DNA from: Candidatus Latescibacterota bacterium
GTDB lineage: Bacteria > Latescibacterota > UBA2968 > UBA8231
DNA: 64,000 nucleotides
NCBI GenBank assembly: GCA_965261395.1
Contig: OZ253462.1
Coordinates: 1,728,001-1,792,000, forward strand
Reading direction: 5' to 3'
Positions 23,548 through 32,051 of the stretch are shown one piece after another (position 1 is the first letter of the stretch; every line of letters starts with the position of its first letter). The notes below the pieces were generated by a model. The model was not told where the DNA came from, ran no database searches, and saw only the letters and a list, made by a program, of their open reading frames with translations. The translations under genes and the position numbers were made by a program.

Positions 23548-23667
23548 CCTGACGCCCTCAGGTCGTGAGACCCAACCCTTTGAGGGTTGGGAGGTACGAT
23601 TCGATTACTTTAGCCTAGACAAACCTATTTTTTTCTTGTGTGGGTCACTCGCAATGATTGTACTTAA

Positions 23668-23807
23668 CTGACATTACGCACGGCACCTAGGTATGAGATA
23701 CTTCGACTCCGCTCCGCTCAGCATGACAGAGGCTGGCGCGCTTCTTCCTTGTCATGCTGAGCGTACGCGAAGCATCCCATACCTAAGAGGTCGGTGCGTA
23801 ACATCAC
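23668..23807. mobile_element. 140-bp MITE with 8-bp target-site duplication, containing a REP-like doublet
   Basis: GTACTTAA duplicated at 23660-23667 and 23808-23815; imperfect terminal IRs CTGACATTACGCAC / GTGCGTAACATCAC; internal IRs CGCTCAGCATGACA / TGTCATGCTGAGCG and TAGGTATG / CATACCTA. Confidence 0.75.
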
Positions 23808-23820
23808 GTACTTAATTCTT

Positions 23821-24936
23821 GTGAAGCGAATAATCCAAATCCAATTGCTCCCTTCTGTGGAGCAAGCCCAAGTGCTTGAGGCGACCATGCGTCGCTTTAA
23901 CGAGGCGTGTACTTGGGTCGCCAAAAAAGCGTTTGAGCGCCAGTTGGCGAATCGCTTTTTGCTGCACAAACACTTCTATTACGAGACCCGCGAGCGCTTT
24001 GGCCTTCTAGCCCAGATGGCCTGCCTGACCTTTGCCCAGGTGGCGCGTGCCTATAAGCGAGACAAGACCCAGCAGGTGTCGTTTCGCCCGATGGCCGCCA
24101 TGCCCTACGATCGACACCTGTTGCGCTACGTGGGCCTCGACAAGGTCTCGCTTTCTACCCTCGGCGGTCGTATGGTGGTGCCGATGGTCATGGGACGCTA
24201 CCAAGCCAACCAATTTGCCTCCATCAAGTTGTATGCCGAACTGGTCCGTCGGCGCGATGGCAAGTGGTTTTTGATGGCTACGGTTGAGCAGCCGGACAAT
24301 CCTATGATGGAGCCGGACGACTTCTTGGGCGTCGACTTGGGCGTCGAGAACTTGGCCACGGACTCCGATGGCCAACGGCATAGTGGCAGCGCGGTTGAGC
24401 ACATCCGCCTGAAGTGCCATTCGCTGCGCCAGCGCCTTCAGTCGAAGGCAGATCGGGCCAAGAACCACCGCGCTCGCAAGCGCCTTCGCAAGAAGCTGCA
24501 CCGGCGAGCCCGCAAAGAATCCAACTTTCGTCGCAACACCAACCATATCCTCTCCAAGCGCATTGTTGAGAAGGCTAAAGACACCGGGCGCGGCATTTCC
24601 CTCGAAGATCTCAAGGGTATCCGCGCCCGGCTCCGGTTTCGCAAGCCTCAACGATCACGCATGGCTGGCTGGGCTTTCAACCAGCTCCGGCAGTTTATCG
24701 CCTATAAAGCTCAGGCTGCTGGTGTGCTGGTCCAGATGATTGATCCCAAGCATACGAGTCAGATGTGTTCCCAATGCGGACATATCGAGCGGGCTAATCG
24801 CTCCTTTCAATCTCGGTTTGGTTGCCGTCGGTGTGGCTTCGTTGACCATGCCGATGTCAATGCTGCCCGGAACATCCGGGTTAGGGCGCTTGTCAACGCG
24901 CCTATCGTTTCAGCCTACTCCGCCTCGGCGGGGTGA
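23821..24936 (+). CDS. tnpB: RNA-guided endonuclease TnpB
   Basis: RuvC I GVDLG, RuvC II SLEDL, Zn ribbon CSQC...CRRC, RuvC III HADVNAARNI; catalytic D-E-D intact. Confidence 0.93.
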   Translation: MKRIIQIQLLPSVEQAQVLEATMRRFNEACTWVAKKAFERQLANRFLLHKHFYYETRERFGLLAQMACLTFAQVARAYKRDKTQQVSFRPMAAMPYDRHLLRYVGLDKVSLSTLGGRMVVPMVMGRYQANQFASIKLYAELVRRRDGKWFLMATVEQPDNPMMEPDDFLGVDLGVENLATDSDGQRHSGSAVEHIRLKCHSLRQRLQSKADRAKNHRARKRLRKKLHRRARKESNFRRNTNHILSKRIVEKAKDTGRGISLEDLKGIRARLRFRKPQRSRMAGWAFNQLRQFIAYKAQAAGVLVQMIDPKHTSQMCSQCGHIERANRSFQSRFGCRRCGFVDHADVNAARNIRVRALVNAPIVSAYSASAG

Positions 24937-24996
24937 GCTAGGGACAAGCCCAAGTCTTCAGACGTGGGCGGTTGACTGATTGTCTTTCTAATTTGG
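24800..24996 (+). ncRNA. putative omegaRNA/reRNA overlapping the tnpB 3' end and right end; guide predicted at ~24977-24996
   Basis: Known TnpB architecture; right-end hairpin and TTGAC end motif visible; 5' boundary cannot be determined from sequence. Confidence 0.5.
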
Positions 24997-25049
24997 CTTA
25001 GGACGAAACTTGCTCGCGTCCGCAACTAGATAGCGTCTGCGCGGCACAA

Positions 25050-25685
25050 TCACAACCTCTTGCCCACCCACAGGGCACCTCGGCGCACCACTTCCTGGAA
25101 GGAGGGGTTTTCCAGCACCGCGTTGTCGTGGCCCAAGGCAAAGAAGAACACTCGACCCTGACCATAGGTGTGGTGATAGGCCATGACGTGGGTCTCGTCG
25201 CGGCCGGGGTCATAGGCGTGCATGAGGTGGTGCGAGCGGCTCGGATCGTGCTTGAGGTAGTGCAACTCGTCGGTCACGGCAAAGTCTTCGAGACCGGTGG
25301 CAATGGGATGATCGGAGTCGGAGATGGTGACGGTGAAATCCATGTACGGGCTGTGGCCGTCGAAGAAGCCGTTGAGCATTTGGTGATAGCCGGCGTTGTC
25401 GCGGAAGGAGGCGTCCGCAGTGTGCAGGCCAAAGAAGCCACCGCCGCGTTCGATAAAGTGCAAAAGCCCCTGTTCCTGAGCTTGGGTGAAGTGGCCGACA
25501 TCCGTGAAGAAGAGGGTGGCGTCATACGCGTTGAGGCCGCTGGCCATAATCTCGTAGTCGCGCGCGAGCTCGGCCTCAATCTGGGCGTCTTGGTTCAGCA
25601 GGTCGGTCAGAAATCGGCCTTGGCCTTCGTGGTCGTGGTAGATGCCTTCGGTGCCGACGAATACTAATAGTTTAACGGGAGCCAT
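25050..25685 (-). CDS. ThuA-like domain protein
   Basis: GGGFFGLH, HPIATGL, DELHY, YGQGRVFFFALGH; RBS AAGGAG. Confidence 0.85.
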   Translation of the reverse strand: MAPVKLLVFVGTEGIYHDHEGQGRFLTDLLNQDAQIEAELARDYEIMASGLNAYDATLFFTDVGHFTQAQEQGLLHFIERGGGFFGLHTADASFRDNAGYHQMLNGFFDGHSPYMDFTVTISDSDHPIATGLEDFAVTDELHYLKHDPSRSHHLMHAYDPGRDETHVMAYHHTYGQGRVFFFALGHDNAVLENPSFQEVVRRGALWVGKRL

Positions 25686-25787
25686 GACGGGTTTCTCCTT
25701 TTTGCTATTGGGTTAGTTGGGAGACGGTAGAGGAGTGCCAGCGTCCATGCGACGGATCAGACTTGGGACGCGGGAATGTGCCCCACA

Positions 25788-26834
25788 TCAAGCCCAGCGG
25801 ATTGGTATCTCTAAATCGCGGGCTAGTTCGTCCACTTGGTCGGCCAAGGTGGCTTCGAGGGCGATGCCGTGTTTTAGGTAGTCGGCGCGCCGCCGGTAGC
25901 TGCCTTCGCCCGGCCACTGCACTAGGCCCTGCTCGGGTGCTGCTTCCACCGATTTAATATGGGCTTTCAGATCGGCGCTGCGGTCGTGCAGCCAGTCGCC
26001 AAAGGGCTTGAGAGCGATAAAGCACTTGGTGGAGCCGCCGGCCGAATCCGTTGGCCGGCCCTCGGTGCCCTGCTCAAAAGCGAGGAGGCTGCCGGCCAGT
26101 CCAGCCGTGAGCAGATCGACCATAAAAGCAAGTCCCGAGCCTTTGTGCTGGCCCATGGGCAAAAAGCGCCACGATTGCAGCAAGTCACTCGGATCCGTAG
26201 TGGGCTTTCCGCGCTCGTCGAGGCCCCAACCTTCGGGGATGCTGCGTCCGGCGGCCTCGGCCTGTCGCACGCGGCTTATGGAGGATTGGGTCATGGCCAA
26301 GTCGAGGACCACGGGCTCGCCGTCGGCGGTGGGAATGCCAATGGAGAGGGGATTGTTGCCTAGGGAAGGGACGCGCGTGCCCCAGGCGGGAAAGTTGGCA
26401 AACGCGTTGGTGAAAGCCAGGCCGACCAGCCCGGCGCGGGCGGCCCGCAAAGCATAGCTATGCCCGCGCCCCCAGTGCCCGACAGCGCGGACGACGCAGG
26501 TGCCCACGCCGTATTGCCGCGCCCGTTCGAGTGCCCAATCCATGCCCTGCGCCGAAGAGAAGCGGCCAATGCCGCCTCCCGCATCGATCAGCCGGGAGGC
26601 TGGGTACTCGACGATGGTTGCAAAGCGGGGATCAGGCGTCAAAATTCCCTGGCGGATATAATTGATCGCCGAGGGCAATAAGGCGACGCCGTGGGTGTGG
26701 CCACCGTGCAGATCCACTTCCGCGCCGATTTGGGCTTCGACTGCGGCCACGTGCGGCGGTACTCCTACGGCTGCGAGCGCGTCGAGGAAGAATTGTTCCA
26801 GATCGGTGTGGGCGATGCGCTTGGGCTGGCTCAT
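25788..26834 (-). CDS. Ldh_2 family (malate/L-lactate/sulfolactate dehydrogenase-like) oxidoreductase
   Basis: HTHGV, GHWG, GNNPLSIG, LDLAM, IPEGWGLD, HKGSGLA motifs. Confidence 0.88.
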   Translation of the reverse strand: MSQPKRIAHTDLEQFFLDALAAVGVPPHVAAVEAQIGAEVDLHGGHTHGVALLPSAINYIRQGILTPDPRFATIVEYPASRLIDAGGGIGRFSSAQGMDWALERARQYGVGTCVVRAVGHWGRGHSYALRAARAGLVGLAFTNAFANFPAWGTRVPSLGNNPLSIGIPTADGEPVVLDLAMTQSSISRVRQAEAAGRSIPEGWGLDERGKPTTDPSDLLQSWRFLPMGQHKGSGLAFMVDLLTAGLAGSLLAFEQGTEGRPTDSAGGSTKCFIALKPFGDWLHDRSADLKAHIKSVEAAPEQGLVQWPGEGSYRRRADYLKHGIALEATLADQVDELARDLEIPIRWA

Positions 26835-26836
26835 GG

Positions 26837-26875
26837 TCAGTGCCTTATTGGACAGAGCGGAATATAACGGGGCAT
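26837..26875 (-). pseudogene. mazF/pemK 5' stub (MPRYIP...)
   Basis: ATG directly after the mazE TAA; first six residues resemble the MazF/ChpA N-terminus (RYVP); stops after 12 codons. Confidence 0.55.
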
Positions 26876-27121
26876 TTACCAGACTTCTTTCCCAATAGGC
26901 CCGTCCCAATCCAGTTCTTCAACTCGGTACTCTTTGGGCATCTTTGACAACAACTCCTGCAAATCGTATCTCCCGCGAACTTTAGTCGTAGGCTCAATTA
27001 TAATCCGCCCTTTTTCGACGGAAATATCCACTTCGTCGCCCACGTTTAGCTGCGCTTCTTGGAGAATGGCCTTGGCCAACCGAAGCCCTTGGCTGTTTCC
27101 CCATTTCTGTATTGTACTCAA
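26876..27121 (-). CDS. mazE: AbrB/MazE/SpoVT family antitoxin
   Basis: IQKWGNSQGLRL...GDEVDI...YDLQELL...DWDGPIGKEVW; RBS AAGGAGG before TTG; GTATATCC direct repeat upstream (27148-27166) could be an operator. Confidence 0.88.
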   Translation of the reverse strand: MSTIQKWGNSQGLRLAKAILQEAQLNVGDEVDISVEKGRIIIEPTTKVRGRYDLQELLSKMPKEYRVEELDWDGPIGKEVW

Positions 27122-27244
27122 CTTGGCCGACCTCCTTATAAGGTGATGTATATCCAAAGTATATCCCATGAGAAGCTGAAGGGTAAGGTGGTCTGTTAGC
27201 GGTCCTGGCGGCAAAGTCCACAGGTCGCGGAGAGAGCATTTCCG

Positions 27245-28510
27245 TCAGCTCCCCGTAGAGCGGTAGTGCCGCACGCCCACTTGCCAGCCGCGCACCATAT
27301 AGGCCTGCAACACGCCACTTTCATCGGAATTGAAGAAGCCCGATCCGCCATCCGGCGAGAGGAAAGGATGGATGTGGGTGTCCTTCTGCCAGGACGATCC
27401 GGGGTCCACGATCTTCCGCGCATTCTCGAGCGCGCCTTGCTCTTCCTCGGGAAGGTCGAACAGCCAGACCGCGCCGCCCCCGTCTTTCGGGCCCGCATCC
27501 GAGATCAAACGGATCCCGTCTAGGTCCGTTGCGAAATGCCAGAAATCGGGCCCGGCAAAGGAGCGAGACAGGTCGTTGCGCCATCCGCCCAGCGCGTTGA
27601 TGCCTTCATCGCCGACGTGCGCTACCGCCCTTCCCGCTATGAGCTGTCTTTCGTCTGGTTGGCGCGTCGAGGTGCTGGTGATGGCCATGTCGCGTCTGCC
27701 CTGCCAGCACTGATGCCCCTGACAGAACTCGTTCCCATCCCTGCCCCAGGGGAAGTCGCGCAGCTTTGTGCCATCGTCTCGGATCAGGTGGATGTCCGCG
27801 CCCAGCCCGCTGACGAGCTTTTCCAGCTTGCCATCGGCTGCAACGGTATTCCCGTGGTTTTCTTGGATCATGATGTCGTGGGAAGCCACGGGGTCCGTTT
27901 GACGCGTGTACTGCGGGTGCATGTTGCACCAGGTGGGACCGTGAAAGACCAACCGTACGGATGGCTCTTCGATCTCGAAGACGAGCAGACCCCAGGGTGC
28001 CCCTGCGCTTTGGCCGTCCCCGAGGAATCCCGAGATGGCGATGCGCCCGCCATCGGATGAAATCGTCGAAAGCGGATACGGTCGGCTCAACCTGAAATTA
28101 GTCTCCGGAATCGCGTGATCTAGGACATAGACGATCTCGCGTTCAGACCCATCCAGCCCGACCCGCTTCAGCGTCAGTCGTCCGCCGCCCCCAGGCTCTG
28201 TTTTATTGACGAAGTAGTACAGGTGGGCACCATCTGGTGAGATAGACGGCCCCGTCGTTCCACGCTCGGTGGTGATCGGCGTCAGGCTGCAATTGTCTTC
28301 TAGGTTGCAAACCAGAAACTGGTGCTCGGGGTCCTGCGGATCAGAGCCGTGCGGATGCGCTGAGCGGTGGAGGATCAGCCGCTGTGAATCGGGCGTGAAG
28401 ATCTGCGCTTCCATATAGATATGTGATGAGGGGATCGACTCATCCGTGAGCTGGATGACTTCCAGATTGTCCCGCTCGGTCTCTGGGACGAGGTCAGGTC
28501 GGACTTTCAT
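27245..28510 (-). CDS. oligogalacturonate lyase/TolB-like beta-propeller protein; last 13 aa borrowed from the neighbouring permease
   Basis: HIYMEAQIFTPD, HIHPFLSPDG...FNSD.SG..Q.YM motifs; C-terminal WQVGVRHYRSTGS identical to 28650..29453. Confidence 0.65.
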   Translation of the reverse strand: MKVRPDLVPETERDNLEVIQLTDESIPSSHIYMEAQIFTPDSQRLILHRSAHPHGSDPQDPEHQFLVCNLEDNCSLTPITTERGTTGPSISPDGAHLYYFVNKTEPGGGGRLTLKRVGLDGSEREIVYVLDHAIPETNFRLSRPYPLSTISSDGGRIAISGFLGDGQSAGAPWGLLVFEIEEPSVRLVFHGPTWCNMHPQYTRQTDPVASHDIMIQENHGNTVAADGKLEKLVSGLGADIHLIRDDGTKLRDFPWGRDGNEFCQGHQCWQGRRDMAITSTSTRQPDERQLIAGRAVAHVGDEGINALGGWRNDLSRSFAGPDFWHFATDLDGIRLISDAGPKDGGGAVWLFDLPEEEQGALENARKIVDPGSSWQKDTHIHPFLSPDGGSGFFNSDESGVLQAYMVRGWQVGVRHYRSTGS

Positions 28511-28692
28511 TGCTTTTTCTCCCTATTGACGGCGTGGCACTCCGAGGAAGAAAGGTATATGTCTGCCGAACCATATCAAGGTAAACGAGATACCTCGGCA
28601 GATGACGAAGCCAACCCGATCGTCGGGGCCAATGGTTCGGCGGCACTAGTTAGCTCCCCGTAGAGCGGTAGTGCCGCACGCCCACTTGCCAG
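27247..28692. repeat. 41-bp perfect direct repeat (27247-27287 and 28652-28692)
   Basis: AGCTCCCCGTAGAGCGGTAGTGCCGCACGCCCACTTGCCAG at both sites. Confidence 0.95.
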
Positions 28693-29453
28693 ACTTGCAG
28701 ACAGATCACAAAAAAGAGCAGGCCCACGGTCGGGGCTAGCCATTGGAATAACGGGCCTGAACCCAAGGGGTCGGGGCGCTCCAGAATCCCCAAAGCCGGG
28801 TAATAGCTGACGCAGGCGAGGGGGATGACGTAGGTAAAAAAGCGGCGGAACCACGCGCGGTAGATCGCCAGTGGGTACTGGGCGGTCTCCACGCCGCCGT
28901 AGGTTACGGTACTGAAGATTTCCAAACTCTCGGTAGTCCAAAAAGCCAGCGTCGCTTGCAGCACTATGAGGCCGTAAAACAGGCAAGCGCCGCCGAGGAC
29001 GGTGAGCAAGGCGAGGAGCAGCTTGTCCGGCGTCCAGGCCAAGTCTAGGGCATGTGAGGCCCACAGCAGGACGACCAAGCCCTGGATGAGGCGGCCGATG
29101 CGCTTGAGGGTGAGTTCTTGTCCGGCCAATTGCAAGGCCGTGCTGCGAGGGCGCAGCAGCAAGCGGTCGAAGTCGCCGCTTTTGACCGTGGAGGCGAACA
29201 AGTCAAAGCCGCGCGAGAAGGCGTCGCACAGGGCAAAGGCGATATTGATCAGGCCGTAAAAGAAGGCCACTTCGGGCAGGCTCCAGGTGTCGAGGGCGGC
29301 GAAGCGGTCGAAGAGCACCCAGATGCCCAAGAATTCCAGGCCGGTCATCAGGCCGTGGCCCACGGACAGCATGACAAAAGAGGCCCGGTACTGCATTTGG
29401 CTGCGGAAGGAGATGTCGATATAGCGGCCGTACAGGCGCAGTCCATCGAGCAC
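28650..29453 (-). CDS. ABC-2 family transporter permease (DUF990-like)
   Basis: QYRASF, GDFDRLLLRP, YPLAIY, HYRSTGS; multiple TM segments. Confidence 0.88.
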   Translation of the reverse strand: MLDGLRLYGRYIDISFRSQMQYRASFVMLSVGHGLMTGLEFLGIWVLFDRFAALDTWSLPEVAFFYGLINIAFALCDAFSRGFDLFASTVKSGDFDRLLLRPRSTALQLAGQELTLKRIGRLIQGLVVLLWASHALDLAWTPDKLLLALLTVLGGACLFYGLIVLQATLAFWTTESLEIFSTVTYGGVETAQYPLAIYRAWFRRFFTYVIPLACVSYYPALGILERPDPLGSGPLFQWLAPTVGLLFFVICLQVWQVGVRHYRSTGS

Positions 29454-29457
29454 GGCG

Positions 29458-30252
29458 TCAACCTCCTTGGACGACTAGGCGACGGGTGCCGCGATAGAGG
29501 AGGAAGCGGCCCAACCCCACCAGGGCTAGCGTCCACGCGAGCTGGTGCCCCACCACCGACCAGACTTGAGACGCGGGAATGTGTCCCATGTAGAGGCGGA
29601 AAGGGGTATCGGCCAAGCCGCGAAAAGGCATGAAGTCGAGTATGGGTTGGAATGCGTCGGGAAACAGCGGCAAGGGGATCACCATGCCTGAAAAGACGTA
29701 GATGCATATCCCCAGCATTTGAATGGTACCTTCTCCGGCGATGGTCCACAACAAGGAGACGTTGACCAAGTTGGACAGGGCTCCGCCTAGGAGGACAGCG
29801 CCCACCATGGCCAAGGCCCAAGCCGCCGCCGCCGCCGGGGACGCGGGAGCTTGCAGGCCGAAGAAGAGCAAGGCCAGACAGAACAACGGCGCTGAACGCA
29901 GCAGAGTGGGGGCGATGCGGTTAGCTAGGGCGCGGCTGTACCAAAAGGCGTACAGATCAACGGGCCGCACCAACTCGTAGGCCACCGTGCCTGTCCGCAC
30001 CATGGTGCGCACGTCGTCGTCGGGATTCCAAGGCAAGAGGGCGAACAGGGCCTGACCGAGCCAGACATAATTGACCACTTCAGCGTAGGTCATGGGCTGC
30101 GCTTGGGTCGCCGTGCGATAGAACGCTTCAAAGATCATCACCCGAATGAGCCCCCAAAATAGCTGCGTGCTCATGCCGGCGAGGGCCGCGGCACGGTACT
30201 GCAGCAACATGCGGATGCGGGCGCTGAGGACGGCCAGATAGGGCCGCATCAA
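29458..30252 (-). CDS. ABC-2 family transporter permease (DUF990-like)
   Basis: LQYRAA, GTVAYELVRP, SGMVIPLPLFP, VVQGG C-terminus. Confidence 0.88.
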   Translation of the reverse strand: MMRPYLAVLSARIRMLLQYRAAALAGMSTQLFWGLIRVMIFEAFYRTATQAQPMTYAEVVNYVWLGQALFALLPWNPDDDVRTMVRTGTVAYELVRPVDLYAFWYSRALANRIAPTLLRSAPLFCLALLFFGLQAPASPAAAAAWALAMVGAVLLGGALSNLVNVSLLWTIAGEGTIQMLGICIYVFSGMVIPLPLFPDAFQPILDFMPFRGLADTPFRLYMGHIPASQVWSVVGHQLAWTLALVGLGRFLLYRGTRRLVVQGG

Positions 30253-31229
30253 GGGCGACTCCGGTAGAGTTGGGCGATGACTTCCTCAATAGGTGGGTTT
30301 TCCACAAAGAGATCGCGCACCTCGTGGCGGGCGGTGATGCGGCTGATGAGGGCTGGGGCTGAAATGCGTTCGGGGGCAAAGCTGAGATGCACCCGGGGGC
30401 CGTCGCGCTGCACGACGCGAGCGGCCTCGTCTTCAATGGTCGCTGTGGGATCGACTAGATCGACGATGAGGCGGCGCTCGGACGAGACGCGGGCGCGCAA
30501 ATCGGCGAGGCTGCCGTCGGAGAGGATGGTGCCGTCGCCAATGACCATGATCCGGTTGCACAGGGCTTCGATATCGTCCATGTCGTGGGTGGTCAGGATG
30601 ACGGTGGTGCCCTCTCGGCGGTTGAGTTCTTTGATGAAATCGCGCATTGCTAGTTTGGCAACCGCGTCGAGGCCAATGGTCGGCTCGTCCAAAAAGAGCA
30701 GGCGCGGGCCGTGGAGCAGGGCCGCCACCAGATCGCAGCGCATGCGCTGGCCCAAGCTGAGTTGGCGCACGGGCACGTCGAGGAAGGAAGAAAGTTCCAA
30801 CATGGCGATGAGCGCGTCGCGCCGGCGGCGGTAGGCGGCGTGGGGCACTTTGTAGATGTCGCGCAGCAGATCAAAGGATTCAATGGCCGGCAGATCCCAC
30901 CACAATTGGGTGCGCTGGCCGAAGACCACGCCAATGCGGCTGACGTGGCTAATGCGGTCCTGCCAAGGGACGCGGCCCTGAACCTCGCAGCGCCCCGAAT
31001 CGGGTACGACGATGCCGGAGAGGACTTTGACTGTAGTGGATTTGCCCGCCCCGTTTGGCCCGATATAGCCGACCAGTTCGCCGGCTTCCAGCGAGAAAGA
31101 GATGCCGTCCAAAGCTCGGATTGTGCGGTGCGAGCGCTGCACAATGCCCCGGAAGGCACCCCAAAGGCCGGGGCGGCGCTCGGCGATGCGGTAAGTTTTG
31201 ACTAGGTTTTCAACGACGATTAGGGGCAT
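30249..31229 (-). CDS. ABC transporter ATP-binding protein
   Basis: GPNGAGKST, LSLGQRMR, LLFLDEPTIGLD, TTHDM. Confidence 0.93.
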   Translation of the reverse strand: MPLIVVENLVKTYRIAERRPGLWGAFRGIVQRSHRTIRALDGISFSLEAGELVGYIGPNGAGKSTTVKVLSGIVVPDSGRCEVQGRVPWQDRISHVSRIGVVFGQRTQLWWDLPAIESFDLLRDIYKVPHAAYRRRRDALIAMLELSSFLDVPVRQLSLGQRMRCDLVAALLHGPRLLFLDEPTIGLDAVAKLAMRDFIKELNRREGTTVILTTHDMDDIEALCNRIMVIGDGTILSDGSLADLRARVSSERRLIVDLVDPTATIEDEAARVVQRDGPRVHLSFAPERISAPALISRITARHEVRDLFVENPPIEEVIAQLYRSRP

Positions 31230-31290
31230 GAATACTAAATAACGAGTACTAGTTTAACAGGAGCCATTGTGGGTTGCTCCTTTTCTCGGA

Positions 31291-31893
31291 CTAGTCGGGA
31301 GCGACCGCGGATTTTTCATAGGGTCGGACAAAGGATTCAGGCTCGACGCCCAAGGCGTCTGCCACGCGGTTGATATAGTTGAAATAGCCGATGATTTGGA
31401 CGGCGTCGTGGATGCCGCGATCATCAAAGCCGTGCTGACGCAATTGGTCGATGTCCTCAGCGGTTGAGTCCTGCGGTCGCCGGGTCAGTTTTTCGGCAAA
31501 GGCGCACAGGGCTTGGTCGGCCGGGGACAGGTCGGCACGGCGCCAGTCCGCGGATAATTGATGCACCAGCCGGTCGGCCGGGGTTCCTTCTGCAACGGCA
31601 AAATCGCGAGCGACCTCAGCCCGGAGGGCGTGGGCGTGAGCGCGTATTCAGTACACGCAGTGATTCGTGGCCGAAACGACTACGGCTAGCATTTCGCGCT
31701 GGCCTCGGCTCAGGGGTGAAGGGCCGTGCATGATGGCCCCGTAAAAATCCAGTGAGGTCTTCATAGCCCGGGGGTTGAGGCTCATGATGGAGACAATGCC
31801 CCAAATGCGCCCGGCCCGAGCGAGGGCGGCTTCGTACTGCTTTTTGAGCAGGCCGGTGGCCCGTTTTAGGGGAATGATGTCTATATAGGGCAT
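31291..31893 (-). CDS. AhpD/CMD-like peroxidase-related selenoprotein (CxxU; UGA at 31648-31650 read as Sec), 200 aa
   Basis: ORFs 31648..31893 and 31291..31566 are in frame: REMLAVVVSATNHCVY-UGA-IRAHAHALRAEV...FAEKLT...YFNYINRVADALGV; UGA falls at the second Cys of the AhpD CxxC; hairpin immediately downstream. Confidence 0.85.
31605..31647 (-). promoter_or_regulatory. candidate bacterial SECIS element
   Basis: After UGA: ATACGCGCTCACGCCCACGC CCTC CGGGCT GAGG TC; short stem with G near the start of the loop ~24 nt downstream; alternative stem CTCA(C)GCCC/GGGCTGAG. Confidence 0.55.
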
Positions 31894-32051
31894 TTGTTAA
31901 TCGCCTCTGTGACGGTATAACTGGCTGCCGACGGCAAAATGCGTGACATTGTTGCGAGTTTTTTGCTCTCAACCGGAGATTATTACCGCGTCGAAAAAGG
32001 AACGCAACGCCACCTAGCGCAACAACGCGCCATATAGAAGGAGCCGCTTCC

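Larger units (their letters stand above)
23559..24976 (+). mobile_element. IS200/IS605 family element (tnpB only, IS1341-like); left boundary approximate
   Basis: Left-end hairpin CCCAACCCT-ttg-AGGGTTGGG (23571-23591); right-end hairpin GCCCAAGTCTTCAGACGTGGGC (24948-24969) followed by GGTTGAC; no tnpA. Confidence 0.8.

Noticed and set aside
23821-24936. TnpB as a nuclease-dead TldR regulator or Cas12f
   Set aside because: D-E-D triad intact, IS end hairpins present, no CRISPR array
28565-28641. GCCGAACCAT / ATGGTTCGGC inverted repeat resembling attC cores
   Set aside because: No pairing L boxes and no unpaired spacer; only a 10-bp inverted repeat, so not called attC
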